Assembly: GCA_965202625.1 (NCBI GenBank)
Contig: CBDBBI010000010.1
Location: 1,888,001 to 1,952,000, forward strand
Direction: 5' to 3'
DNA length: 64,000 bases
From: a bacterium
GTDB taxonomy: Bacteria > UBA8248
The position numbers were made by a program, and so were the translations under genes. Each line of letters opens with the position of its first letter. Position 1 is the stretch's first letter. The notes below the pieces were generated by a model. The model had not been told where the DNA came from. It did no database searches and saw nothing but the letters and a program-made list of their open reading frames with translations. Below are positions 38,778 through 48,984 of this stretch, piece by piece.

Positions 38778-39581
38778 TCAAGGCGTCCAGGGGTGATTCG
38801 GTTCGACGAGCGCGCCGGGGGAGTCCGCCGTCTCCAGCGCGTCGATCATGTCGCGCAGCACCGCGCGCTGCTGCGCAGTATTCCCCGGCGTCCCGAAAGG
38901 ATGGCCAAGCGGCCAAGGCAGAAAGACCACTCTCGGCGGCGCCAGGGCGAGCGTAATCTCCTTGACGAGGCTCACCGAGACTGTCGCCATCCCCGCCCTT
39001 TCCATCGCTTTCTGAATCACCCCGACCGAGCGATGGCACAACCCTCACGCCGGAGCGAGCAACACGCCCTCCGCGCCCGCCTCGAGAAGGCGTCTCGCCG
39101 CCGCCGGGGCCGTCTCCTCGATCAGTCGCTCCAGGAGTTCGCCGTCGATATGGCCCATGAAGCTCAGATGCGCGGAGGAGACGCCGCCTATCACGCCCTC
39201 CTCCGCCAGCTTCGCGAGCCGCTCATGGGGAAAGACGACGTTCAAGTCCTCATCCGCCCCTCGGTGATCGTAATAGTCGTGCGTGATCATCAGCGTGTCG
39301 CGCGCGGCTCCGGCGGGTATTTCCCGAAACGTGGGGTCGCCGTCGGGGTTGTCCATGTCGAAAGGGTGCTGTTCCTTGAGATGAACGCCCCCGGTCGTCA
39401 CCAGCCCGATGCGGCATTCGCGCACCGGCTTTGCGAGCCGCGTCCAGGGCGTGGACTCCGCCCCCGCCAGAGATTCGCTTTCCAGGGAGAAATCCCGACC
39501 CTTGGCCCATCTGCGCACCAGATGCGGATAGCGTGTCAGAAGACGCGCCACCATTCGGTCCTTCCACCTGCGCAGGTTCAT
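38778..39581 (-). CDS. PrdB/GrdB-like (proline/glycine reductase B family) selenoprotein; UGA at 39045-39047 read as Sec
   Basis: ORFs 39045..39596 and 38778..39041 are one frame separated by a single TGA, giving LLAPA-U-GLCH (UxxC). Family motifs LVTTGGVH...PF...GDPTFREI, YDH..AD.D.N..FP..RL and PPR...PLGHPFG.P lie on both sides. Confidence 0.88.
39002..39036 (-). promoter_or_regulatory. Candidate bacterial SECIS hairpin
   Basis: Starts 8 nt 3' of the UGA: CCAUCGCU pairs with AGCGAUGG (8 bp) around a G-rich apical region CGGUCGGGGUGAUUCAGAA. Confidence 0.65.
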
Positions 39582-40084
39582 CGAAATTTCCTGCAAGCCC
39601 GGCGGATTCGTTCCAGACGTCCAGGGCCGCGCACCGCCCGTCCGTCGCCGCCCGTACTAAGCCCACGACCGGCGCGATGGCCGGGCTCGCAACCCGCAAG
39701 TTCGCCTCCCCCAATCCCCCAAAAGGCTGTCTCGAATTCCCTCATCGGTTCATCTTCCCGCTCGTTTGATGGATCGCGCGCCCATAAATCCATCTACCCT
39801 GCCCGCCAACGAAAGCAACACAGGAAAAAGCCACATGAAAGATCATTATCGTGGATTGCGACGGGAGGGGCAAACCGTTCGTCATCGCCCACCCGCCAAA
39901 AGATCGCCATTCCGTGATAGTTTCACACGGAACCCACAACCGGGGCGGGCCTTGACGCGCGACGTCTCAAACGGCTATGTTCCTGACGTTCGAGACCATT
40001 CACGGCAAATACGGAAAAGGCGCGAGAAGCGAACACCGTCCGCGCGCTCAGCCGCTCCGAGGATGCGAAAGTGACCACCCGAGA

Positions 40085-40792
40085 ATGAGCAAACCCCAAC
40101 GAAATCTCTCGTATAAGAATTTCATCCCTCCGCTGGCTTTCATTGTCGTCCTCGCGCTGTTTTTCTGGTCGGGACTGGGGCGCTATCTCTCGTTCGAATC
40201 CTTAAGGGAGAACCAGGAGGCGCTCAAGACGTGGGTGAGCGCCTACGGCGCGCTCGCCGTCGTCGCCTACGTCCTCATCTACGCCGTGGTCACGGCCTTC
40301 TCCCTTCCCGGCGGGGCGGTGATGAGCATCACCGGAGGGTTTCTGTTCGGAAACATCTGGGGGACGCTCTATATCGTCGTGGGCGCAACGACAGGCGCGA
40401 CGATTCTCTTCGCCGCTGCGAAGACGTCCCTTGGCGACCCCCTGCGCGCAAGGGCGGGGCCCTGGCTGCAGAAAATGGAGCGGGGCTTTCAGGAGAACGC
40501 TCTGAGCTATCTGCTCGTGCTGAGGCTCGTGCCCCTTTTTCCCTTCTTCGTGGTGAATCTCGTGCCCGCCTTCCTCGGGGTGTCCCTCGGCATCTATCTC
40601 ACGGGTACGTTTCTCGGCATCATTCCCGGGGCTTTCGTATTCTCCTCGGTGGGCGCGGGGCTGGGCAGCATATTTCAGGCGGGAGGCGAGTTCTCCATCA
40701 CGGGCATCCTAACGCCCCAGGTCGTCATCGCCCTCGTCGGTCTGGCCGTCCTCTCCCTCGTTCCGGTGGCCTACAAGAAATTCCGAAAATAG
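40085..40792 (+). CDS. TVP38/TMEM64 (DedA/VTT) family membrane protein
   Basis: SLPGG...GGFLFG, LRLVPLFPFFVVN and TFLGIIPG. Confidence 0.92.
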   Translation: MSKPQRNLSYKNFIPPLAFIVVLALFFWSGLGRYLSFESLRENQEALKTWVSAYGALAVVAYVLIYAVVTAFSLPGGAVMSITGGFLFGNIWGTLYIVVGATTGATILFAAAKTSLGDPLRARAGPWLQKMERGFQENALSYLLVLRLVPLFPFFVVNLVPAFLGVSLGIYLTGTFLGIIPGAFVFSSVGAGLGSIFQAGGEFSITGILTPQVVIALVGLAVLSLVPVAYKKFRK

Positions 40793-40893
40793 GAGCGAAC
40801 CCCCCGCCGCCCATCCACGGGACGGAAATCGGCGTCGATATCGTCTGTCGCGAACGCTCTTCCACCTCGTTCACGGACGCGGCGGAGAGACGC

Positions 40894-41289
40894 TTATTGA
40901 TTGGCGAAATACTCCGCGTCTTCTGACCTTTGCTTCCAGTTCGGGTTGGTGGGCCATTCCTTGTGGCGCGAGGCCTTGTCGCCCCCGTACCGCACCCGAT
41001 AGAGCAGGGTGCGCTCCGCGCCGTTCGCGTATTCATGGAGCTCGCCCGGAGGATGAACGATGAAGGAGCCGGGGACGACGTCCACCTCGCCGGTCGGCGT
41101 CTTCATCCTGCCGCCACCCTTGTAGCAAAAATAGATTTCCGTGGCGTAGGGGTGGCAGTGGTAGGGGCTCACCTGGCCGGGCTCCCAGCAGGCCACCGTC
41201 ACGTCGCCCTCCTCAAACCTCCCCAGAATCTTCTCCACGTGCTTCTCGTGGCTGAACTCCTTTTCCTTATCCAGATCAAAAACGTGCAT
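40894..41289 (-). CDS. Cupin domain protein
   Basis: WEPGQVSPYHCH...EIY and PGELHEYAN. Confidence 0.88.
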   Translation of the reverse strand: MHVFDLDKEKEFSHEKHVEKILGRFEEGDVTVACWEPGQVSPYHCHPYATEIYFCYKGGGRMKTPTGEVDVVPGSFIVHPPGELHEYANGAERTLLYRVRYGGDKASRHKEWPTNPNWKQRSEDAEYFANQ

Positions 41290-41361
41290 GACTTCCTCTC
41301 CCATGCTTGCGAAAACGCGCGGCGCGCGACGGGACGAAGCCCCCGCACCCCTCCACGCAAC

Positions 41362-42726
41362 CTACAGGCGGCTGAACTCCTCGCAGATGGCAGCCATGTA
41401 TTTCGCCCCGTCAACGAGATGCTCGATTTTCAAGTTTTCGTTCGCGCTATGCGTCCGCGAGGTGATCCGACCCACGCCGGTGGAGGCCAGCGGAATTCCC
41501 AGGTGCTTGAGGACGATCCAGGTCGGCGTGCTCCCGTTGCCAAAGGGATTGATGATGGCGTCCTCGCCATACAGCCTTCGGGACGCGCTCTCACAGGCCC
41601 GCACGATCTCGGCCTCGGGGTCGCTCTTCGCCGGATAGGAAGTGAACAGAAGCGTCACGTCCACGTCCTCAAACCCCAACCTGTCCAGGTGCGCGCGCAC
41701 GCAGTCCCTGATCCTGAAGGGATCCTGGTTCGGCACGAGGCGGCAATCCACCTTCGCCCGCGCGCGGGCGGAGACGATGGTCTTCACCCCCTCTCCGGTA
41801 TAGCCGCCGTCAAAGCCGGCGATGTTGAAAGTAGGATGCGCCAGATGCCGACGGGGCAGCTCCTCGTCCTTCATGTCAAGCAGAAATTTTCTCAAGCCGA
41901 ATTTTTCAATCCGCTCCCGGCCGTCGTAGGGCCGAACGCGCCGAATGAGTTCATCCTCGGTTTCGGTGATCGGCAAAACGTCGTCGTAAAACCCCTCCAC
42001 CAACACGTTCTCATTCTGATCCTTCATGGTGGAGAGCGCCCAGGTTATCCGCCAGGCCGCATTCTCATATATTTGGGCGTTCGAGCTGTGGAAGTCCACG
42101 TTGGCCGTTCTGCAGGCGAGCTCCATATAGCAAAGCCCCTTGTTGCCGAGCGAGAGCACGGGGGTGTCCACCCGCGTGGTGTTGTCCTCCCAGACGCAGC
42201 CGTCGGCGGCGAGCAAATCGCGGTGCGCCTTCACGAAAGGCTCGAGAGAGGGGCTTCCCACCTCCTCCTCCCCCTCGATGAGATATTTTACGGTGCAGGG
42301 CAACTCGCCGCGCACCGCCAGAAACGCCTCGAACGCCGCCAGCCGGCTGACGATGTTGCCCTTGTTGTCCGTCGCCCCGCGCGCGATGACGTGTCCATCG
42401 ACCACCTCGGCGTCGAAGGGCGGGCTGCTCCACTCGGAGAGGGGCTCCGCCGGCTGCACGTCGTAGTGGTTGTAGAACAGGAGAGTTTTCTCCTCCCTCC
42501 CCCCAAGGCGCGCGGTGAGTATCGGGTTGCCCGCCGTCTCGTGGAGCGTCGTCTCCAGTCCCGAGCGCGCCACGCGCGCCTCAAGCAGGGAGGCCATCTC
42601 CCTCACCCCGAGGTCCGTCGTGGAGACGCTCGGCTGGCGGCAGAGCTCCTGCAAATCCGCAACGTAGCGCTCCGCGTTCTCCTCGATATAGGCCAGCACG
42701 GCGCCAAATCCCTTCTTCCGGAGCAT
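41362..42726 (-). CDS. M20/M25/M40 family metallo-hydrolase (dipeptidase-like)
   Basis: YNHYDVQPA, ARGATDNKG, EGEEE.GS, DFHS and HSANE. Confidence 0.92.
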   Translation of the reverse strand: MLRKKGFGAVLAYIEENAERYVADLQELCRQPSVSTTDLGVREMASLLEARVARSGLETTLHETAGNPILTARLGGREEKTLLFYNHYDVQPAEPLSEWSSPPFDAEVVDGHVIARGATDNKGNIVSRLAAFEAFLAVRGELPCTVKYLIEGEEEVGSPSLEPFVKAHRDLLAADGCVWEDNTTRVDTPVLSLGNKGLCYMELACRTANVDFHSSNAQIYENAAWRITWALSTMKDQNENVLVEGFYDDVLPITETEDELIRRVRPYDGRERIEKFGLRKFLLDMKDEELPRRHLAHPTFNIAGFDGGYTGEGVKTIVSARARAKVDCRLVPNQDPFRIRDCVRAHLDRLGFEDVDVTLLFTSYPAKSDPEAEIVRACESASRRLYGEDAIINPFGNGSTPTWIVLKHLGIPLASTGVGRITSRTHSANENLKIEHLVDGAKYMAAICEEFSRL

Positions 42727-42915
42727 CGCATACCCCTCTATGTCTCTATGTCGTGAAACGCCTGCGGCGCATCGGTTTGATTATCCGCGTGGAACAAGGA
42801 TATGATCTCTGCCTCATACGTTCAACCCGAAAACTCGCATTCGCCCGGCCCTTGGCGGACGCCGCCGGCGTCCGGGCTTCGACGTTTTCAGAATGCGGGG
42901 AAAAGGAGGTCGCTC

Positions 42916-44091
42916 ATGCCGGAAGCTCCTGCGAACACGAACTGGTTCACCTACTTTCCCGAGGACTATCGATGGTCAGCCGCCATCTGCGGCATGGCGT
43001 CGAGCGCGCAGTGGGGCGGGGCCGAAATCGGTGAGATCGACAAGGTCTGTCGCCGTCTCTACAAAAAACTCGGAGACGACGACCTCTGGTTTCAGGAGTG
43101 GGACCGCATGGGCGACGTCGTGCGGGATCTGGGGCTCGACGCCGAGCGCAAAAAGCGGAACCTCTCCGCCGCCTCCCACTACAAGCGCGCCGCTTGCTAT
43201 TACCAGATGGGCGAGCGCTTCAAGACGCCCAAGGACAAAACGGCGGTAGCTACGTTCAAGAAATCGCTCGACGCCTTCCGCCGCTTCACGCACCTGACGG
43301 ACCGGCCCAGAATCGAGGCCGTAGAGGTTCCCTTTGAGGGAAGAAAGAAGTTGCCCGGCTATCTGGCGCACGCCGAGAACACAAAAAGTAGAAAACCCCC
43401 CGTCGTGGTCTTCTTCGACGGACTCGACGTCAACAAGGAGCTGCAATACCTTCGCGGAGTGGAGGACATCGTCCGCCGGGGCATGAGCTGTCTGGTGATG
43501 GACGGCCCCGGCACGGGCGAGGCCATTCGCTTGCGCAACATCTACCTGCGCCCCGACTACGAGGTCGCAGGCTCCGCCGCGCTCGACTATCTCGAAGGAA
43601 GAGACGACGTGAACGCGAAGCGCGCGGGCGTCATGGCCATCAGCCTGGGCGGCTACTACGCCCCGCGCATCGCCAGCATGGAGCCGCGCTACAAGGCGTG
43701 TCTCGCCTGGGGGGCGATCTGGGACTACCACGCCACCTGGAAGAAGCGCATCGACGCCTCCTTCAAGGCGGAGCTCTCCGTTCCGGGCCATCACATCCAG
43801 TGGATTCTGAACGCAGCCTCGCTCAAGGACGCCCTCGTCAAGCTCGAGGGCTTCCGGCTGGATGGCGTGGTACAGAAGATGCAGTGTCCCTTTCTCCTCA
43901 CGCACGGGGAGGACGACAAACAAATTCCGCTCACAGACGCCGAGGCGCTCTTCAACGCCGTCGGCTCCAAGGACAAAACGCTCAAGGTATTCACCGTGGA
44001 GGAGGGCGGCGCCCAGCACTGCCAGCGGGACAACTACGCCATAGGCACGGCCTATATGTTCGACTGGCTCCAGGAGAAGCTGGGCGCGTAG
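42916..44091 (+). CDS. Alpha/beta hydrolase, DHPON-hydrolase/FrsA-like (paralogue 1)
   Basis: DGLD..KE, DGPG.GE, AISLGGYYAPR, HGEDD and QHCQ; AGGAGG RBS. Confidence 0.88.
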   Translation: MPEAPANTNWFTYFPEDYRWSAAICGMASSAQWGGAEIGEIDKVCRRLYKKLGDDDLWFQEWDRMGDVVRDLGLDAERKKRNLSAASHYKRAACYYQMGERFKTPKDKTAVATFKKSLDAFRRFTHLTDRPRIEAVEVPFEGRKKLPGYLAHAENTKSRKPPVVVFFDGLDVNKELQYLRGVEDIVRRGMSCLVMDGPGTGEAIRLRNIYLRPDYEVAGSAALDYLEGRDDVNAKRAGVMAISLGGYYAPRIASMEPRYKACLAWGAIWDYHATWKKRIDASFKAELSVPGHHIQWILNAASLKDALVKLEGFRLDGVVQKMQCPFLLTHGEDDKQIPLTDAEALFNAVGSKDKTLKVFTVEEGGAQHCQRDNYAIGTAYMFDWLQEKLGA

Positions 44092-44439
44092 GGGCGAAGA
44101 AATCGCGCGGCGGCCTGGTTTTCCGCCTCTCGTTTCCATGCGCCGGAGGCGGCCAGAAGTGGATTCGCCCAGATGCGGCCCGCATCAGGTTTTGCTATGC
44201 CCAACGGCCCCGCGTCGTCCCCGCGTCTGGCGACCCGACTTCACGGACGGGGCGTTTCTACAACGATGACGCGGGGATGGGCGTTGTGATAGGATTTCGC
44301 CCATCCGAAAAATTGCGCGCAGAAAATAAGGTTTTTGAAAAGGGCGTTGTTCAGGAAAATCCGTTTTCTCGACTCTCCTGCGCAATCTCTCAGGAAGGAC
44401 ACTCGTCCTGCTTTTTCATTCTCTCAAGGAGAACGCCTC

Positions 44440-45615
44440 ATGGCCAAAGCCGTTCGCAAAGAACCCTGGTTCGCGTATTTTCCCGACGACTACCGCTGGT
44501 CAGCGGGCGTGAGCATCGCCTGCTCGACCTCCTACTGGGGCGCCGCCACGATGGGAGAGATCGACAGGGTGTGCCGAAGGCTTGAGGGCAAGGTGGGAGA
44601 CGACGACGCCTGGTTCGTCGAATGGACGAAAGAGGCCGACAGGATGCGCGCTCTGGGGCTGGCCGCCGCCAGAAAAAAGAACGCTCTCTCAGCCGCCGCC
44701 CTCCACAAGCGCGCGTGTTTCTACTATCAGCTCGGCGAGCGCTTCAGGACGCCCAAGGACAAGGCGGCGAACAACGCCTATCGCAAATCCCTCGACTCCT
44801 TCGCGCACTTCGCCGCGCTCACGGATTCTCCGCGCATCGAGTGCGTGGAAATCCCCTTTGAAGGGAAAAAGGCACTGCCCGCCATCCTCGTCCACGCGCA
44901 AAACACGCGCAAGGCGAAGCCGCCCGTCGTGGTGTCCTTCGACGGCTTTGACGTCTCGAAGGAAATTCAATACCTGCTGGGCGCCGAAGACCTGGCGCGC
45001 CGAGGGGTGAGCGTGCTGGCGGTGGACGCGCCTGGAAACGGGGAGGCGATTCGCTTCAGAAATCTTTTCTTGCGGCACGACCACGAGGTCGCGGGCGCAG
45101 CGGCACTCGACTATCTGGAAGGACGAGACGACGTGAACGCCGGGCGCGCCGGCGTTATGGCAATAAGCCTCGGCGGCTACTACGCGCCGAGAAACGCGAG
45201 CATGGAGCAGCGCTTCAAGGCGTGCGTGGCCTGGGGGGCGATTTGGGACTACGAGAAGGTATGGCGCGATCGAATCGCCGCCGCCTACAAGACGGCACTC
45301 TCCGTTCCCGGACATCATCTGAACTGGATATTCAACGCGGAGTCCACCGAGGATTCCCTCGAGCGGCTTGAGGGCTTCAAGCTCGACGGCGTGGTGGAGA
45401 AGATGCGATGCCCGTTTTTATTGATTCACGGGGAGGGAGATCAGCAAATATCCCTCGCCGATGCGCGCAAGCTCTACAAGGCCGCAGGCTCGAAGGACAA
45501 GACGCTCCGAATCGTCAAGGGGACGGAAACCGGCGCCCAGCATTGCCAGATGGACAACGTCCCCCCCTATGCGCATGAGATTTTCGATTGGCTCAAGCAG
45601 AAGCTGGGCGCTTAG
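44440..45615 (+). CDS. Alpha/beta hydrolase, DHPON-hydrolase/FrsA-like (paralogue 2)
   Basis: Collinear with paralogue 1 (YFP.DYRWSA, AISLGGYYAPR, QHCQ). Confidence 0.88.
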   Translation: MAKAVRKEPWFAYFPDDYRWSAGVSIACSTSYWGAATMGEIDRVCRRLEGKVGDDDAWFVEWTKEADRMRALGLAAARKKNALSAAALHKRACFYYQLGERFRTPKDKAANNAYRKSLDSFAHFAALTDSPRIECVEIPFEGKKALPAILVHAQNTRKAKPPVVVSFDGFDVSKEIQYLLGAEDLARRGVSVLAVDAPGNGEAIRFRNLFLRHDHEVAGAAALDYLEGRDDVNAGRAGVMAISLGGYYAPRNASMEQRFKACVAWGAIWDYEKVWRDRIAAAYKTALSVPGHHLNWIFNAESTEDSLERLEGFKLDGVVEKMRCPFLLIHGEGDQQISLADARKLYKAAGSKDKTLRIVKGTETGAQHCQMDNVPPYAHEIFDWLKQKLGA

Positions 45616-45713
45616 CGGGAGCCAAGGTTTCGCCGGGCGCGCGCCTCGCCTCTCTGGGGAGAGAGGAGCGTGAAGGTGGCGCGTGATCCTCCCCCCTCGC
45701 TGATGCGGCGACC

Positions 45714-46022
45714 TTAATAGTCATTGATGTCGGCTCGGGAGTGACGGCGGCGGAACGCCAGCCGAATCAGTATCGTGGAGACGAGCGACAGACCAGCGAG
45801 CCAAACAGCAATGTCGCGCCAGGTCTCGAGCAGTGCGAGGTCGCCAAACCACAGGTTCCGCTGCGCGAACAAAAGGCCGGCGAGAATCAGTGCGGAAACG
45901 CCAATCGGCAGCACGAAGAAGTCAAAGGCAAGCAGGATATCGGCGCATATCAGGATGATCGCGAGAATCGCCCAGACTTCCGGCAAAAACGCCCAATACG
46001 TCATGACGCTAGGCAGGCCCAT
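45714..46022 (-). CDS. Short NfeD-like membrane protein
   Basis: Three hydrophobic segments; overlaps the end of the SPFH gene. Confidence 0.7.
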   Translation of the reverse strand: MGLPSVMTYWAFLPEVWAILAIILICADILLAFDFFVLPIGVSALILAGLLFAQRNLWFGDLALLETWRDIAVWLAGLSLVSTILIRLAFRRRHSRADINDY

Positions 46023-46926
46023 TCGTCGGCCCTCGGAAGTTTTCCGCAAGCAACTGCAACGAACCGATGACGCCCGTAACGTCGGTGGGTACGACAACCG
46101 TCTTCGTGTTGGACGAGGAGGCGAGTTGACCCAGCGCGTCCACCTGACGCTTCAACACCTCAAAATTGATGGCTGGCTGACCGTTGTCGGCGATCGCCAG
46201 GGCGATAAGCCGGGTTTGTTCTGCATCTGCCTCAGCCCTTACGCGCACCGCGTAGGCGTCCGCATCGGCGGTGACGCGAATCGCCTCCGCCTCCTTTTGC
46301 GCCTCGAACAACTTGGCTTCCGCCGCCAGTTCAATAGCGCGCTTGTCGCCTTCCGCGCGGGCGATGGCGGCGCGGCGCTCGCGTTCCGCATTCAGCTGCT
46401 GACGCTGCGCGGTTTTCGTCTGCTCATCAACGACAACGTCAACGATCGCGGTCGAAGTGATTTCGAGGCCCCATTCGTCCGATTTGGCCTGAAGGTTACT
46501 CCCGATTTCGCGGTTCATCGATTCACGCGACGATTGCAACTCGTCAAGTTCAAGCCGACCCGCCGCTGAGCGCACGATGGACGACGCCTCGGTGTGAAGC
46601 GCCGCATCCACGTCACGGATGCGATAGACCGATCGAGCGCCGTCAACGATCCTGTAAAACACCGTCGCCTCAAGGCTTACTTCGACGTTGTCGCGCGTGA
46701 TGACACTAATCGAAAACTCCGGCAACTGACGCTCCAGAATGGACAGCCGATAGGATATTTTGTCCAGAAGCGGAACAAGGAGGTTCAACCCCGCCCTCAG
46801 CGTTCCCGTATATTTACCGAATCTTTCTACAATATAGACTTCTGACTGCGGAACAATTTTTACGCCTGTCTTGATAACCACCAAAACGAACAAAGCTATA
46901 AGGATAACGAGGATGCCTGCTTCCAT
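46009..46926 (-). CDS. SPFH/band 7 (stomatin-like, QmcA) protein
   Basis: KIVPQ...VERFGKY..TL.AGL, ITRDNV and QLNAERERRA...AEG. Confidence 0.93.
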   Translation of the reverse strand: MEAGILVILIALFVLVVIKTGVKIVPQSEVYIVERFGKYTGTLRAGLNLLVPLLDKISYRLSILERQLPEFSISVITRDNVEVSLEATVFYRIVDGARSVYRIRDVDAALHTEASSIVRSAAGRLELDELQSSRESMNREIGSNLQAKSDEWGLEITSTAIVDVVVDEQTKTAQRQQLNAERERRAAIARAEGDKRAIELAAEAKLFEAQKEAEAIRVTADADAYAVRVRAEADAEQTRLIALAIADNGQPAINFEVLKRQVDALGQLASSSNTKTVVVPTDVTGVIGSLQLLAENFRGPTNGPA

Positions 46927-47018
46927 TGATCTATTTTCCTTCCCGCGATGATTCGCTCTTGCGGCTGTTGAACAGGTCGGTTGCTTCAGGGAAAATCATA
47001 CTGAGACGCCTCGGGCCG

Positions 47019-47948
47019 CTAGTCGGCCAGGCGTTTCATTCTCGGGTCGAGCACGTCGCGCAGCCAATCCCCCAGAAGGTTCACGCTCAGGACGGTGAGC
47101 ATCAGGATGAGGCCCGGAAAGAGCGCTATCCACCAGGCCGTATCCAAGAAGCTCCTGCCGTCGGCGAGCATTCCGCCCCACGTCGGAGTGGGGGGCGGCA
47201 CGCCCAACCCCAGAAAGGAGAGTGCGGACTCGATGATGATCATCCGGCCCAAGTAGAGCGTGGCGATGACGATGGTCGTCGAGGCGACGTTCGGAAAAAG
47301 ATAGACGAACAAAATCCGCAGCGTGCCGCAACCCGTGGCCTGGGCTCCGGTGATGAACTCGTTCTCCTTGATGGAGAGAACCTCCGCACGCACCACCCGC
47401 GCATAGACCAGCCAGGTCCGCAGCGCGATGACGAGAACGATGTTTTGCAGGCTCGGCCCCAGTATCGCCACGAGGCTGATGGCCAGAAGGATGAAGGGAA
47501 CCGCCAGCGCCGTATCGATGATGCGGCTGATGACGGTGTCCACCCAGCCGCCAAAATAACCAGCGAAAATGCCGACCGTGATGCCGATGAGTCCGCTCAC
47601 GAGGACGGCGGCGATGCCGACGATGAGCGAGATGCGCGAACCCCAGATGATGCGGCTCAGAATGTCGCGACCCTGCTGGTCCGTGCCCAGCCAGTACACG
47701 TCGCCCGCCTCGTCCATGTAGCCGGGCGCCTTGAGGTATCGCCCCAAATCCTGAGAGAGCGGGTCCAGCGGAGAGAACAACTCCGGCAAGATGGCGAAGA
47801 TGATGACGAGGCCGACGAACAGCGCGCCGAAAACGGCCGGCGGTCTGCGCCTGAGCTCCTGCATGGCCAACTGAAAATCGGTCGGCCCGCGCTGCACGTC
47901 CTCATCCATCTCAACGTCGAGCGTCGCGGTTCTGTCGTCAACAACCAT
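47019..47948 (-). CDS. Peptide/nickel ABC transporter permease (DppC/OppC)
   Basis: LGTDQQGRD, ARVVRAEVL, ESALSFLGLG..PP.PTWG and NLLGDWLRD.LDPR. Confidence 0.95.
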   Translation of the reverse strand: MVVDDRTATLDVEMDEDVQRGPTDFQLAMQELRRRPPAVFGALFVGLVIIFAILPELFSPLDPLSQDLGRYLKAPGYMDEAGDVYWLGTDQQGRDILSRIIWGSRISLIVGIAAVLVSGLIGITVGIFAGYFGGWVDTVISRIIDTALAVPFILLAISLVAILGPSLQNIVLVIALRTWLVYARVVRAEVLSIKENEFITGAQATGCGTLRILFVYLFPNVASTTIVIATLYLGRMIIIESALSFLGLGVPPPTPTWGGMLADGRSFLDTAWWIALFPGLILMLTVLSVNLLGDWLRDVLDPRMKRLAD

Positions 47949-47964
47949 GTAAGGCCCCTATCGC

Positions 47965-48984
47965 TCAGCTGTAGGAGATTCTCGGGTCGAGCCAAGCGTA
48001 AAGTATATCCACCACGAGATTCACGAAAACGAAAACGAACGCGAGCAGCGCCACAGCCGCCTGAACGATGGGATAGTCCTGGTTGTTGATCGCGTCCACC
48101 ACCAGAAAGCCCACGCCCGGCCACGCGAAAACGGCTTCGGTCACCACCGTCCCGCCGAGCAGAATGCCCAGCTCGAAGCCGATCAGGGTGACCACGGGGA
48201 TGGCCGCGTTCTTGAGGGCGTGGCGCACCACCACGAGCCACTCGACGATCCCCTTTGAACGCGCCGTGCGCACATAGTCCATGCCCAGCACCTCAAGCAT
48301 CTGGGAGCGCACCAGGCGCGTGATGCGCGCGGTAGCGTACAAGCCCGCCGTTACGGCCGGCAGTATGATGTAATACCAGGCGTCGAAACCCGACGTGGGC
48401 AGCCAGCCCAGATAAACGGCGAAGATGATGATGAGCAAAAGACCGAGCCAGAAGTTCGGCATCGACTGTCCGAACATCGCGCCGACGGAGCTGGTGTAGT
48501 CGATCCACGTGTTGCGAAAAGTGGCCGAGAGCACTCCGGCGGGTATGGAAACGACGACGGCTATCATCACCGCCACCAAAGCGAGGAGAACCGTGTTCGG
48601 AAAGTGTTCGAGAACAAGGCCCATCGCCGGAATTTCGTGCCTGTAGGAAAAGCCGAAATCTCCGCGAATCACGCCCCTCGTCCTCACGATTTTGGGCGCG
48701 TCGTTGTCGCGCTCCAGCGCATCGACCTTCTGTTTGGATCTTTCGGCCCCGAGCAGGTCGTCCACCAGATCTGAGCCCAGAATGAATTTGGCGAACTGAA
48801 TCGGCATAGGCTGATCGAAGCCCATCTCCTTACTGAATGCCTGAATGTCCTCCTCGGAGGAGTCGAGAGGCATCAAGACAGCCGCCGGATTTCCGGTGAT
48901 TTGGAGCATCGAGAACACGATGAGCAGAATCGCCGCGAAAACGATGAGGCTTTGAAGGCAACGTCTGATGATATACGTGCGCAT
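47965..48984 (-). CDS. Peptide/nickel ABC transporter permease (DppB/OppB)
   Basis: GDFGFSY, SMPNFWLG, DYVRTARSKG, TEAVFAWPG and LDPRI. Confidence 0.95.
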   Translation of the reverse strand: MRTYIIRRCLQSLIVFAAILLIVFSMLQITGNPAAVLMPLDSSEEDIQAFSKEMGFDQPMPIQFAKFILGSDLVDDLLGAERSKQKVDALERDNDAPKIVRTRGVIRGDFGFSYRHEIPAMGLVLEHFPNTVLLALVAVMIAVVVSIPAGVLSATFRNTWIDYTSSVGAMFGQSMPNFWLGLLLIIIFAVYLGWLPTSGFDAWYYIILPAVTAGLYATARITRLVRSQMLEVLGMDYVRTARSKGIVEWLVVVRHALKNAAIPVVTLIGFELGILLGGTVVTEAVFAWPGVGFLVVDAINNQDYPIVQAAVALLAFVFVFVNLVVDILYAWLDPRISYS

